64,000 nt of DNA from assembly GCA_019075865.1 (NCBI GenBank), contig JAGXAN010000007.1:68237-132236 (forward strand). The letters run 5' to 3'. Below the pieces are notes generated by a model, which was given only the letters and a program-made list of their open reading frames with translations, was not told the origin of the DNA and did not search any database. Origin of the DNA: Hyphomicrobiales bacterium. GTDB taxonomy: Bacteria; Pseudomonadota; Alphaproteobacteria; Rhizobiales; Beijerinckiaceae. This document shows positions 43,165 through 52,539 of this stretch, in pieces (position 1 is the stretch's first letter; each line of letters starts with the position of its first letter). A program made the translations under genes and the position numbers.

Positions 43165-44321
43165 TCGCGCCTTTCACCTTCAATACATCCGCGAGTGTTG
43201 TATTTGGGGAAGGCGCGGTGTCGCGTCTGGGCGCGCTGGCCGCAGAGCGCATGGGCCTGAAGATCATGATCGTCACAGATCCGGGAATCATGCAGAACGG
43301 ATTGCTGGTTACGGCGCTGGCCAGCTTGAAAGAAGCCGGGATCGCGGTGACGGTTTTTGATGGTGTGATCGCCGATCCGCCGGAAGATGTGGTGAAAAGC
43401 GCCTGTGCCCTGGCGGTGGAGATGGGTGTCGATGGCATTGTTGGCATGGGCGGTGGGTCGTCGCTCGACGTTGCCAAACTGGTGGCGCTGCTGGCGCGAT
43501 CGGGCGAAACGCTACCGGAGGTTTACGGTGTCGCCAAGGCAAAGGGGCCACGGCTGCCGCTGATGCTGGTGCCGACGACCGCCGGAACCGGCTCGGAAGT
43601 GACGCCGATTGCGATTGTAACCACAGGCTCCTCGGAAAAAATGGGTGTGGTATCGCCTTGGCTCATTCCAGATATTGCATTGCTTGATCCGGAGTTGACA
43701 CTGGCGCTGCCGCCGGCAATTACCGCAGCCACCGGCATTGATGCGATGGTGCATGCCATCGAGGCCTATAGTTCAGTCAATGCCAATAATAATCCGCTGT
43801 CGCGGATGCTGGCGCGCCAGGCCTTGCAATTGATGGGCCGCTCGCTGGAGCGGGCGGTGCACCATGGCCATGATCGCGCCGCACGTGGAAACATGCTGCT
43901 GGGTTCCATGCTGGCCGGGCAGGCCTTCGCCAATTCACCGGTGGCAGCGGTGCATGCGCTGGCCTATCCGATCGGTGGGCATTTTCATGTGCCGCATGGT
44001 CTGTCCAACGCCTTGGTACTACCGCATGTTTTGGCGTTCAATGCACCGGTTGCCAGTGCCGTCTATGCTGAAATTGCGGTTGATTTGTTTCCGCAGTTGG
44101 AGAGTCTGGGTTCGCAGGCGCGGGCCGGGGCTTTCATCGATGAAATTGCCGCCTTGTCGCAGCGTTGCGGCCTGCCGCAAAGGTTGCGGGACGTTGGCAT
44201 TCCCCAGTCAGCGCTGGAAATGATGGCCCGCGATGCGATGAACCAGACGCGGCTTCTGGTTAACAACCCGCGCCCACTCGGCGAGGCCGACGCGATGGCC
44301 GTTTACGAAGCGGCCTGGTAA
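43161..44321 (+). CDS. Iron-containing (group III) alcohol dehydrogenase family oxidoreductase
   Basis: 386 aa with GGGSSLDVAK and metal-binding His motifs (DAMVHAIEAY, HALAYPIGGHFHVPHG). An ATGA overlap joins it to the amidase. Confidence 0.88.
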   Translation: MIAPFTFNTSASVVFGEGAVSRLGALAAERMGLKIMIVTDPGIMQNGLLVTALASLKEAGIAVTVFDGVIADPPEDVVKSACALAVEMGVDGIVGMGGGSSLDVAKLVALLARSGETLPEVYGVAKAKGPRLPLMLVPTTAGTGSEVTPIAIVTTGSSEKMGVVSPWLIPDIALLDPELTLALPPAITAATGIDAMVHAIEAYSSVNANNNPLSRMLARQALQLMGRSLERAVHHGHDRAARGNMLLGSMLAGQAFANSPVAAVHALAYPIGGHFHVPHGLSNALVLPHVLAFNAPVASAVYAEIAVDLFPQLESLGSQARAGAFIDEIAALSQRCGLPQRLRDVGIPQSALEMMARDAMNQTRLLVNNPRPLGEADAMAVYEAAW

Positions 44322-44344
44322 GCCTTTTCAAGAACTTACGCGGT

Positions 44345-44406
44345 CTAAACCAATTCACCCCCCGCTGATTGGGCGGCGGGTGAAGCTGGGTTCACGCGGA
44401 TTTTTT
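44345..44406. terminator. Convergent terminator region (Fe-ADH operon and phospholipase C gene)
   Basis: Two mutually exclusive GC-rich hairpins. One is TTCACCCCCCGC / GCGGCGGGTGAA (44354-44384) with UUGGUUU following on the minus strand. The other is CGGGTGAA / TTCACGCG (44377-44398) followed by TTTTTT (44401-44406) on the plus strand. Confidence 0.45.
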
Positions 44407-44423
44407 GAGGCCGAAGCGGCCGC

Positions 44424-46409
44424 CTATTTGGCGGCCGGTTCGACCGGGGTCGGGTTGGTTTTCGGACGCGGATTGAAATCCGCCGGGATTTCATTGGTGA
44501 TATTTAGCACCTTGTCCACCGGCACGATGCCGATGGTTTTGCAACTGGCGACGTTTTCGTCGATTGCGGTCGTCAGCATGGCGCTGGGTGTTTGTGCGTA
44601 GCTGGCGGGCAGGGGGGCTGCTGCACCGGTCAACCGTGCCGGATCGAACGCCGAAGTCAGATCGCTGACGTCAGGGGTGATTGCATCATCGGGCCCCATA
44701 TTGGCAAGGCCAAATTCGCGCTTGCCCAGTTCACGCGCTTTCAATTCGGCGGGCAGTTTGGCAAGGGCTGGCAAATCGAACACGGTGTCGATGAATTTGA
44801 CAACCGACGACTGGCTGCCGTGCGCGTGGACGACCTGATGTGTCCGCGAGAATGGCGAGATAACCATCAGCGGCACGCGCGGGCCATTGGTGATAATCGA
44901 GCCATCCGGCCCGCGACCGCGCACGTTGGGGCGCACATGGTCATAATCACCTTCCGAGTCGTCCCAGGTGATGATGATGGCGCTGTCTTTCCAGTAGGGG
45001 CTGGCTGCGATCTTGTTGACGGCAGAAGCGACCATGATTTCGCTGATCCGCGCATCCGAATAGGCGGGGTGGTCATCATCGCCGATGAAATTTTTCTGGA
45101 CTTTCGGGTCCGGGTCGGCTGGCTTCAGGCCAAGGGTGTTTTGATAGCCGCCCTTGACGAAGAAGACCCCTCCGTCGTTGGGCAGTGCTTTATTGCCAAC
45201 ATCGGCGAAAAAGTCGCCTAGGCCGTGCAGTTCCTTTTTCATGGATTTGTTGTTGGCGACATAGCCAAAATATTGCGGGCCGTTGTGGTGGGCAATGTAG
45301 GATGCGTGGTGGCCGGTGGCGTCAATCGGGCCCTTGTCGGTCGATTCGTGGTCATAACCTTCCTCATACCAACCAAAGGCCACCGGCGCATGGCCAGCTT
45401 TGGCGATGAAGGGGATGTCTTCGGAAATATCGTCGAGATCCCCCTTCTTGTCCGTGTCTTCATCCGTGACCTTTGGCAGGGTCTTGCCTTTCAGGCTGAG
45501 CTGAATGGTGGGGAAAGTCAGGTTTTCCTGGGTGTCATATTCTTTGGCGGGCGTGCCTTTGAAATCACCGGGATTGACGGGCATTTTCTCAGCTGATTTG
45601 TCGAGTTGCGAGCCCCAATAGGGGTCGGCGTCATTGACGACCGGAACGCCCATGCCGTGTTCACCATTGCCTTTGGTCGCCTGGTCGGGGTGCTGCGCCC
45701 ATTGCGAAGCGCCGGTCTGGGCCGCGATGATCGACAGGTTGCCGGGGGTCGAGGGGCCGGTCATCTGTTCAAAGACATTGTCGAACAGGGCAAAGCGGTC
45801 GGCAAAGCGCCAGAGCAGCGGAACCGTGTCGCAATCTTCATGCGCCATGGCCAGTTCGCCAAACTGCTTGGCCATCAGCGACGGGTTGCCCTTGGGCGAA
45901 TATTTGGTCTCTTCCACCAGCGAGAAATGGTCCATGGCAGGCACGCCTGACTTGGTGTTCATTTTGGCGACGGTCAGCGTGTGCGAATGGTCGATGTCGT
46001 CGGTGTCGGCGGCAAATTCGGCGGGGCCGATGCGGAATGGATGCACAACACCCATGCTGCCATCGACATTCATGATCGGCTGATTGAAGCCGGGGGTCTC
46101 GTCTGCCGGGCGCGAGTAAATGCCGTTCACGCCGGGAAAAGTCGCGAAATATGAATCGAATGAGCGGTTTTCCTGATAAATCACGAAAACATATTTCACC
46201 TTCTTGCGCAGGGCAGCGACCAATTGTTGCTGGTTCAGGTGCGGCTCCTTGGCAGCCGGGACCGAAAAGGGCGCGATATCCTTGCCCGGCGCAACGGCGT
46301 GATAGTCGAGCGCTGTCTCGGCCTTGGCGGCGAAGTCGCCAGTTGCAGACGCGGCCAAGGCCAGCGCCAGTGCGCAGACGCCGGTCGCGAGGTGGGCTTT
46401 CAATCGCAT
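44424..46409 (-). CDS. Secreted phosphoesterase-family protein (non-haemolytic phospholipase C / AcpA-type acid phosphatase)
   Basis: 661 aa with a signal peptide (ALALALAASATG). It carries the family hallmark VIYQENRSFDSYFATFPG and later HPAYSD...WDDSEGDYDH. Confidence 0.85.
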   Translation of the reverse strand: MRLKAHLATGVCALALALAASATGDFAAKAETALDYHAVAPGKDIAPFSVPAAKEPHLNQQQLVAALRKKVKYVFVIYQENRSFDSYFATFPGVNGIYSRPADETPGFNQPIMNVDGSMGVVHPFRIGPAEFAADTDDIDHSHTLTVAKMNTKSGVPAMDHFSLVEETKYSPKGNPSLMAKQFGELAMAHEDCDTVPLLWRFADRFALFDNVFEQMTGPSTPGNLSIIAAQTGASQWAQHPDQATKGNGEHGMGVPVVNDADPYWGSQLDKSAEKMPVNPGDFKGTPAKEYDTQENLTFPTIQLSLKGKTLPKVTDEDTDKKGDLDDISEDIPFIAKAGHAPVAFGWYEEGYDHESTDKGPIDATGHHASYIAHHNGPQYFGYVANNKSMKKELHGLGDFFADVGNKALPNDGGVFFVKGGYQNTLGLKPADPDPKVQKNFIGDDDHPAYSDARISEIMVASAVNKIAASPYWKDSAIIITWDDSEGDYDHVRPNVRGRGPDGSIITNGPRVPLMVISPFSRTHQVVHAHGSQSSVVKFIDTVFDLPALAKLPAELKARELGKREFGLANMGPDDAITPDVSDLTSAFDPARLTGAAAPLPASYAQTPSAMLTTAIDENVASCKTIGIVPVDKVLNITNEIPADFNPRPKTNPTPVEPAAK

Positions 46410-46473
46410 AATTATACTCCTTTATTTCCGTCGAGGCGGATTACCAAATTTGATTGGAGAAAACCGATCCGTT

Positions 46474-46501
46474 GTGACGGGGTCATGACAGATGACCCCG
46501 T
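46474..46501 (-). promoter_or_regulatory. Pho-box-like repeat within a 10-bp perfect inverted repeat upstream of the phospholipase C gene
   Basis: The minus strand reads ACGGGGTCAT-CTGTC-ATGACCCCGT. Within and just 3' of it, CTGTCAT-GACC-CCGTCAC matches CTGTCAT-N4-CTGTCA(C/T) at 13 of 14 positions. It lies 65 nt upstream of ATG 46409. Confidence 0.4.
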
Positions 46502-46584
46502 TAAAGCTGGAAAATTATCTTCGCTCTCGCGCCAAGCTTCCCCGGTTGGCCTTGCGCGGCCGGCCGGATCAGCCAGATGCGGTA

Positions 46585-47877
46585 TCAGCTTAAGATCGTG
46601 CCTTTGGTTTCGGGCACGAAATAGAGCGCGATCATCGTGACCACCATGCAGGCCATGACATAATAGGCGGGTGCAATCGGGCTGCCGGTTGCGTGGATCA
46701 GCCATGCCACTATGAACGGCCCGAAGCCACCAAAAACCGTGACGCCGAGCGCGTAAACCAGTGCCATGCCGGTGGCGCGAACGGTGCTTGGAAATAATTC
46801 AGTGAGCATGACAATACCGGCAGCACCGGCAAAAGCATTGAAAATGGCCAATCCGCCCACGATCATCACCAGATTGGCAATGCTGGGGTGGGCATTGAGG
46901 TAGGCGAAGCTGGGATAGAGCAAGGCCAGCATGATGATCGCCACACTGACAATGATGGTTTTGCGACCAAACCGGTCAGAGAGATAACCGCCTATGGGTG
47001 AGGCCACCAGCGTTGCCAGCCCCGCCGCCAGTCCCGCCATCAGCCCGCCTTGACTGGAAATATGCAGGGTTGTTACCGCATAAGTCGGCATGTAGAGCAA
47101 AATGACATTGGTGGCCGCTGTGCCACCGATGACCAGACAAACGCCCTTGATGAGTTGCCGCCAATGCGCGCGGAACACTTCACGCCAGACGATGATGTTG
47201 CGCGCGCGTGGATCATCGATATTGGCGTGGGTCTCTTCCAGTGCCGAGCGCAGCCAAAGGCCGATCGGCACGATGAGAACGCCGAGGATGAAGGGAATCC
47301 GCCAGCCCCAGCTTTGCACCGCCTCGGGCGACATGGATTTGTTGACGATGATGGCGGCCATGGCGACCACCAGACCCGCAAGGCCCTGGCTCGCCAATTG
47401 CCAACTGCCAAAAAAGCCGCGGTTGGCCGGCGTGGCGGCTTCCGACAGAAGTGTGGTTGAAGCGCCAACTTCGCCGCCAGCCGAAAAGCCCTGAAGCAGG
47501 CGGCCAAATACCAGAACCAGACTGCCCAGCGTGCCAGCGGTTGCGTAATTGGGCGCAATGCCAACGATGAACGTGCCAGCTGCCATCATCATGAGGGTCA
47601 GGATCGTTGCCTTTTTGCGGCCTCTGGCGTCGGCAAAGCCGCCCAGCACGATTCCGCCGATAGGGCGCATGAAAAAGCCGGTGCCGTAAAGGGCGAGTGC
47701 CAGCAGTAATTGAGTGGCTGGTGTGTGGGTTGGGAAAAATTCCTTGCCGATGACCGTGGCGAAATAGCTGAAGACGATGAAATCGTAAAACTCAAGGCCA
47801 TTGCCAATGGTGCATGCCGCAATCAAGCGTGCGCTGCTGATGGGGTGAACCTTGGCAACCATGGTCGCTTGCGACAT
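46585..47877 (-). CDS. MFS transporter (metabolite:H+ symporter family-like)
   Basis: 430 aa from ATG 47877, preceded by GGGAGGA. It has 12 predicted TM segments, the N-terminal motif GNGLEFYDFIVFSYFA, and the loop motif GGFADARGRKK. Confidence 0.88.
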   Translation of the reverse strand: MSQATMVAKVHPISSARLIAACTIGNGLEFYDFIVFSYFATVIGKEFFPTHTPATQLLLALALYGTGFFMRPIGGIVLGGFADARGRKKATILTLMMMAAGTFIVGIAPNYATAGTLGSLVLVFGRLLQGFSAGGEVGASTTLLSEAATPANRGFFGSWQLASQGLAGLVVAMAAIIVNKSMSPEAVQSWGWRIPFILGVLIVPIGLWLRSALEETHANIDDPRARNIIVWREVFRAHWRQLIKGVCLVIGGTAATNVILLYMPTYAVTTLHISSQGGLMAGLAAGLATLVASPIGGYLSDRFGRKTIIVSVAIIMLALLYPSFAYLNAHPSIANLVMIVGGLAIFNAFAGAAGIVMLTELFPSTVRATGMALVYALGVTVFGGFGPFIVAWLIHATGSPIAPAYYVMACMVVTMIALYFVPETKGTILS

Positions 47878-48062
47878 AAAATCCTCCCTGGGGTAATGCT
47901 TGAATTGCATTTTTATGGGCAGAGGGATCAGATTTTCACTTTATCTGACAAAACGCAAGGCAGCGGCGCAGGGTGCACATTAAATTCGGATCGGCCTGCT
48001 TGACTTGGCGGGCCCTTCATGCGGAAACATTTCCATTATTCCAACCAGCCATGTGATCAAAA

Positions 48063-49874
48063 ATGACCGAATCCAAACCGCACATTTATCGCTCTCACAC
48101 TTGCGGCGCCCTGCGCGAGGCGGATGCTGGCCAAATTGTGCGGCTCTCCGGCTGGTGCCACCGCATCCGCGATCTTGGCGGCGTGCTGTTCATTGATCTG
48201 CGTGATCATTATGGCCTTACCCAATGCGTGGTTGATCCGGAATCGCCCGCATTTACCGAGGCTTCAAGCTTGCGCTCCGAATGGGTGGTGATGCTGGAAG
48301 GCAAGGCGCGCATTCGCCCCACCGGCACAGAGAATAACGACATTCCGACCGGCAAGGTCGAACTTTATGTCACTTCGCTCGAAGTGCTTGGCCCGGCGAT
48401 GGAATTGCCGCTGCCGGTGTTTGGCAATGTGGATTACCCCGAAGAAACCCGCCTGAAATACCGCTTTCTCGATTTGCGGCGCGAGCGGCTGCACAAGAAC
48501 ATCATGCTGCGCGGGCAGGTGATTGATGATTTGCGGGCGCGGATGAAGGCGCAGGGCTTCTTCGAATTCCAGACGCCGATCCTCACGGCATCATCGCCGG
48601 AAGGTGCGCGCGATTATCTGGTGCCCTCGCGTGTGCATCCGGGCAAGTTCTATGCTTTGCCGCAAGCGCCGCAGCAGTTCAAGCAATTGATCATGGTGGC
48701 GGGCTTTGACCGCTATTTCCAGATTGCGCCCTGCTTTCGCGACGAGGATGCGCGCGCCGACCGCTCGCCGGGCGAATTCTACCAGCTCGATATTGAAATG
48801 AGCTTTGTGACGCAGGAAGACGTGTTCGGTGCGGTTGAGCCGGTGCTGCGCGGGGTGTTTGAAACCTTTGGCAGCGGCCGACCGGTGACGCAGAAATTCC
48901 CGATGATCGCCTATAAGGACGCGATGCTGAAATATGGCGTCGACAAGCCCGATCTGCGCAATCCCTTGCAGATTTGCGATGTTAGCGCAGAATTTGCGCA
49001 AGACAGCGTCAGCTTCAAGGCGTTCAAGAATGTGATTGCGGCCGGGGGCGTGGTACGCGCCATTCCCGCGCCCGGCGCTGCCGGGCAACCGCGCTCGTTC
49101 TTTGACAAGCTGAATGATTGGGCACGCTCGGAAGGCGCGCCGGGCCTTGGCTATGTGATATTCGAGGATGAAGGCGGCGTTTTGACCGGCAAGGGGCCGA
49201 TTGCCAAATTCATTCCCGCCGATGTGCAGGCGGCGATTGCCAGCAAGGCGGGGGTCAAGGCGGGGGATGCTGTGTTCTTTGCCTGCGACCAACCGGCCAA
49301 AGCCGCGCGGCTCGCCGGCGGTGCGCGCATCAAGATCGGCAATGATCTCGATCTTTGCGAAAAGGACGTTTTCAAGCTGTGCTGGATCGTCGATTTTCCG
49401 ATGTACGAATATAATGAGGAAGACAAGAAAATCGATTTCTCGCACAATCCGTTTTCCATGCCCCAGGGCGGCCTCGAAGCATTGGAAACCAAGGACCCGT
49501 TGGATATTCTGGCCTATCAATATGACATCGTTTGTAATGGCGTCGAGCTTTCCTCGGGCGCGATCCGCAACCATCGACCGGATGTGATGCGCAAGGCGTT
49601 TGCGATTGCCGGTTATGGCGAGGAAGTGCTGGAGGAAAAATTTGGCGGCATGTATCGGGCCTTCCAATATGGCGCGCCGCCGCACGGTGGCATTGCGCCT
49701 GGCGTGGACCGCATCGTGATGTTGCTGGCGGGCGAAGAGAACCTGCGTGAAATCGTGCTGTTTCCGATGAACCAGCGGGCTGAGGATTTGTTGATGGGCG
49801 CACCTGCCGAGGCAACCCCCAAGCAATTGCGCGAATTGCACATTCGCCTCAACCCGCCGATTAAAGCCGTTTAG
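48063..49874 (+). CDS. aspS: Aspartate--tRNA ligase
   Basis: 603 aa with an OB anticodon-binding N-terminus ([20 protein letters not shown]) and class II motifs ([45 protein letters not shown]). Confidence 0.97.
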   Translation: MTESKPHIYRSHTCGALREADAGQIVRLSGWCHRIRDLGGVLFIDLRDHYGLTQCVVDPESPAFTEASSLRSEWVVMLEGKARIRPTGTENNDIPTGKVELYVTSLEVLGPAMELPLPVFGNVDYPEETRLKYRFLDLRRERLHKNIMLRGQVIDDLRARMKAQGFFEFQTPILTASSPEGARDYLVPSRVHPGKFYALPQAPQQFKQLIMVAGFDRYFQIAPCFRDEDARADRSPGEFYQLDIEMSFVTQEDVFGAVEPVLRGVFETFGSGRPVTQKFPMIAYKDAMLKYGVDKPDLRNPLQICDVSAEFAQDSVSFKAFKNVIAAGGVVRAIPAPGAAGQPRSFFDKLNDWARSEGAPGLGYVIFEDEGGVLTGKGPIAKFIPADVQAAIASKAGVKAGDAVFFACDQPAKAARLAGGARIKIGNDLDLCEKDVFKLCWIVDFPMYEYNEEDKKIDFSHNPFSMPQGGLEALETKDPLDILAYQYDIVCNGVELSSGAIRNHRPDVMRKAFAIAGYGEEVLEEKFGGMYRAFQYGAPPHGGIAPGVDRIVMLLAGEENLREIVLFPMNQRAEDLLMGAPAEATPKQLRELHIRLNPPIKAV

Positions 49875-49886
49875 GCGGCCGCCTCG

Positions 49887-50630
49887 ATGACGCAATCGAT
49901 CACCTGCACCATCATTACCTTGAACGAGGTCGAGCGGCTTGGTCGCACCATCGCGTCGGTGCAGGGGCTGGTCGATGAAATATTGGTTGTGGATTCGGGC
50001 TCGACCGACGGCACGCAGTCGCTCGCCACCTCGCTGGGGGCGCGCGTTGTCTTCAACAAGTGGCAAGGCTATGGCCAGCAAAAGCGCATGGCGGAAGAAC
50101 TGGCGCTGAATGACTGGATATTGAACCTCGATGCCGATGAATGGCTGAGCCCGGAATTGGCGCGCGAGATTGCACAATTGCGCCAGTTTGCCGAGTGGCC
50201 CGCCCGCTCTTTTGCGATGCGGCTGCGGCTGGTTTATGCCGGGCGCGATAAACCGGCACCTTTTGCCGAATACCACAATTATGTGCGCCTGTATGACCGG
50301 CGGGCGACGCGCTTTGCCGATAGTGCGGTGTTTGACGAAGTGGCACCCACGACCGACGTGCGCCAACTAGAGGCACCGGCCTATCACCAGTCGTTTGTTT
50401 CGCTGTCGCAGATGGTGATCAAGCAATTGGGCTATTTCACGCTGCAAAAACGCGAGATCAAAAAAAGCCGCTGGAAACTGGCGCTGCGCATGCCCATTGA
50501 ATTTCCGACGCAGTTTTTTAAGTTTTACATCCTGCGTCGGCGCATTTTTGGCGGCTTTTACGGCCTGGCATTGAGCCTGACCGAAGCCTTTACCCGCACC
50601 TTGCGGGTGTTCATCCTGTTTGGCTGGTAG
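49887..50630 (+). CDS. Family 2 glycosyltransferase
   Basis: 247 aa with a GT-A N-terminus (CTIITLNEVERL, VVDSGSTDGT) and a DxD-like LDADE. It resembles small LPS-core-type GT2 enzymes. Confidence 0.85.
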   Translation: MTQSITCTIITLNEVERLGRTIASVQGLVDEILVVDSGSTDGTQSLATSLGARVVFNKWQGYGQQKRMAEELALNDWILNLDADEWLSPELAREIAQLRQFAEWPARSFAMRLRLVYAGRDKPAPFAEYHNYVRLYDRRATRFADSAVFDEVAPTTDVRQLEAPAYHQSFVSLSQMVIKQLGYFTLQKREIKKSRWKLALRMPIEFPTQFFKFYILRRRIFGGFYGLALSLTEAFTRTLRVFILFGW

Positions 50631-50631
50631 C

Positions 50632-52395
50632 CTATTTGTTGACCGTGGTGGTAATGGCGAGCTTGTCCATGAGCGCTGCCGGATTTTTCAGCTGCGGCAT
50701 ATCCATCACGCCCAGACCATCTTTCGACTGAACCGAAATTTCAATATTCTTGGGCGCCTTGATGAAATTGGCGACCGAATCACCCAAGTTGCGCGCAGAT
50801 GGGCCATTGCCCAGCATGGCCGGGATCATGGTTGCGGCGGCGGCGGCCAATTGCGCATTCAGCGCCGTCGCTGTTTGATTGCTTTGGGCCGCCTGTCGGG
50901 CGATGATCTTTTCCATCAAGCCGTTGTTGACCAGATTGAGATGCGCTTCTTGAATCAGAAGGGCGACGGCATCGGTTTTGATCAGTGCGGGGTTTCCGGA
51001 AAACATGTCTGGCAACACATTTCCAAGGGTTACACCAAATTCCGCCGAACCCTTATTGGGATCGGAAAGGCTGAATTCTTTCAGGCTCATGCGTTTTTCA
51101 GCGCTATTCCAGACCCAGTCCAAATTTGAGGAAAGGTCGATATTGTCATAGCCCATGGCGTGAAGGGTATCGGTGTCTAGGCCCTTTGGTAAAGTGGACA
51201 GGTCAAACTTCAGGTGCTGGATGCCATAACCGAATTCGGAAGGAATCCCCGCTGTCAACGGGTGGGCCGGATCAGCCGCGGCCTCATGAATCGAGAGTTC
51301 ACCGATCGAGAAATGCACCGGCGCGGGCGGTGTTTTGTCACCGGCTTTGGCTTCCGGGTGAATAACGAATGCAATGTCCGTTGCTTTCGCCGGCCCGAAA
51401 TATTCGGAGGTGAAAACATCCCCGTAAAGATTCAAAAGTGCCCCCAGAATTTCAGGCGCCAGCGGGTGATCCTTGGTCTGGTCGCCAGCCGCTTTTGCGA
51501 TCGCGGAAGTATCGGGGTTCTTCATCGGACGCAACCATAATTGCGTCTGGGACATATGCTGCATCGTCACATCAAATTGGAGGCCATGAAACTCATAAGG
51601 CCCGTAAGAAATGGAATCGACCGCCAGTTGCAAAGGCTCATTGTCATTCGTCCGCTTTTGCGAATTGAACCGCGCGTAAACTGGCAGATTGAGTCCCTGG
51701 GCAGAGATGACCCCGCCTTTTCCCGTAAACTCCTGCATGTTTTTTGTCTGCAGGACGAAAGTCTGGCTGGCGACGGACGCGGTGGCGGCCTTGCCAGCAA
51801 CAATGTCCTTCAACGCCAGGTTCTGCATTTTCAGGGTGGCCTTGCTGGTGTGATTATCGTAATTCAAAGTGGCGTCGGGAATGTCGATTGAAGCCGCATT
51901 CAGTTTTTCCAACTGCTTGTCGATGGGAACCGTGCCTTTGATGTCAAACAGGGCGGCAAGGTCCGCGTCCGACAGGCTGGTGCCGGTGGCCGAGACGTGC
52001 GGAATATCCAGCACAATGTCGGCTGAACTCACTGACGTGAAGGTGAGGTGGATATTGTCGGCCTTGGCTGCACCGCTGGCGGCCTGCGCTTGGCCTATGG
52101 GCCAGATCCCCGAAATCTGGCGGCTGAGCGGCAGGCTGATGTCGCCAATGGCGAGGCGCATACCATCCTTATGGACGGTCAATCCCTTGAGGAGGACGCG
52201 CCCGTTTGCGATGTGCCAGCTTTGAATGTGGAGACCCTTGGTTGTGGCCAGCAAATCATGCAGGCGGCTTTGCACCGCGTGGTTGGCGATAAAACCGGGC
52301 GCACCGATCAATGCGCCCGAAAGCACCAGCGCCGAGAGCCACGCGGCCCCTTTGAGGGGGCGAAAAATCATCGATTTTGGAAAATGAAAGGGCAT
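50632..52395 (-). CDS. Hypothetical N-terminally anchored envelope protein
   Basis: 587 aa from ATG 52395, preceded by GGAGA. It has one N-terminal hydrophobic segment (AAWLSALVLSGALIGAPGFIA). The remainder is hydrophilic and beta-rich-looking with an Ala/Gln-rich helix near the C-terminus. No family recognised with confidence. Confidence 0.6.
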   Translation of the reverse strand: MPFHFPKSMIFRPLKGAAWLSALVLSGALIGAPGFIANHAVQSRLHDLLATTKGLHIQSWHIANGRVLLKGLTVHKDGMRLAIGDISLPLSRQISGIWPIGQAQAASGAAKADNIHLTFTSVSSADIVLDIPHVSATGTSLSDADLAALFDIKGTVPIDKQLEKLNAASIDIPDATLNYDNHTSKATLKMQNLALKDIVAGKAATASVASQTFVLQTKNMQEFTGKGGVISAQGLNLPVYARFNSQKRTNDNEPLQLAVDSISYGPYEFHGLQFDVTMQHMSQTQLWLRPMKNPDTSAIAKAAGDQTKDHPLAPEILGALLNLYGDVFTSEYFGPAKATDIAFVIHPEAKAGDKTPPAPVHFSIGELSIHEAAADPAHPLTAGIPSEFGYGIQHLKFDLSTLPKGLDTDTLHAMGYDNIDLSSNLDWVWNSAEKRMSLKEFSLSDPNKGSAEFGVTLGNVLPDMFSGNPALIKTDAVALLIQEAHLNLVNNGLMEKIIARQAAQSNQTATALNAQLAAAAATMIPAMLGNGPSARNLGDSVANFIKAPKNIEISVQSKDGLGVMDMPQLKNPAALMDKLAITTTVNK

Positions 52396-52539
52396 GGAAT
52401 TCTCCGGGGCTGCCGATAAAAAGCGAATATATGCAACTGTCTGGCCTATCGATAGCGGCAAATGACAATAACGCACTTGTTTTGCGTGTCAAAATTGCGC
52501 AGATGACATTATTGAAATTCAAAGTATCTGGATCCATTC

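Noticed and set aside
48591-50366. 591-aa ORF antisense to aspS that even crosses the aspS/GT2 boundary.
   Set aside because: The sense-strand genes carry unambiguous AspRS and GT2 motifs. The antisense translation is Arg/Gly/His-rich, with no motif and no RBS. Long antisense ORFs are expected when sense codons TTA, CTA and TCA are rare.
52446-52455. 10-nt perfect palindrome CTATCGATAG in the gmk upstream spacer.
   Set aside because: It is short, a single occurrence, and built around a ClaI-like ATCGAT core. It is indistinguishable from chance without comparative data.
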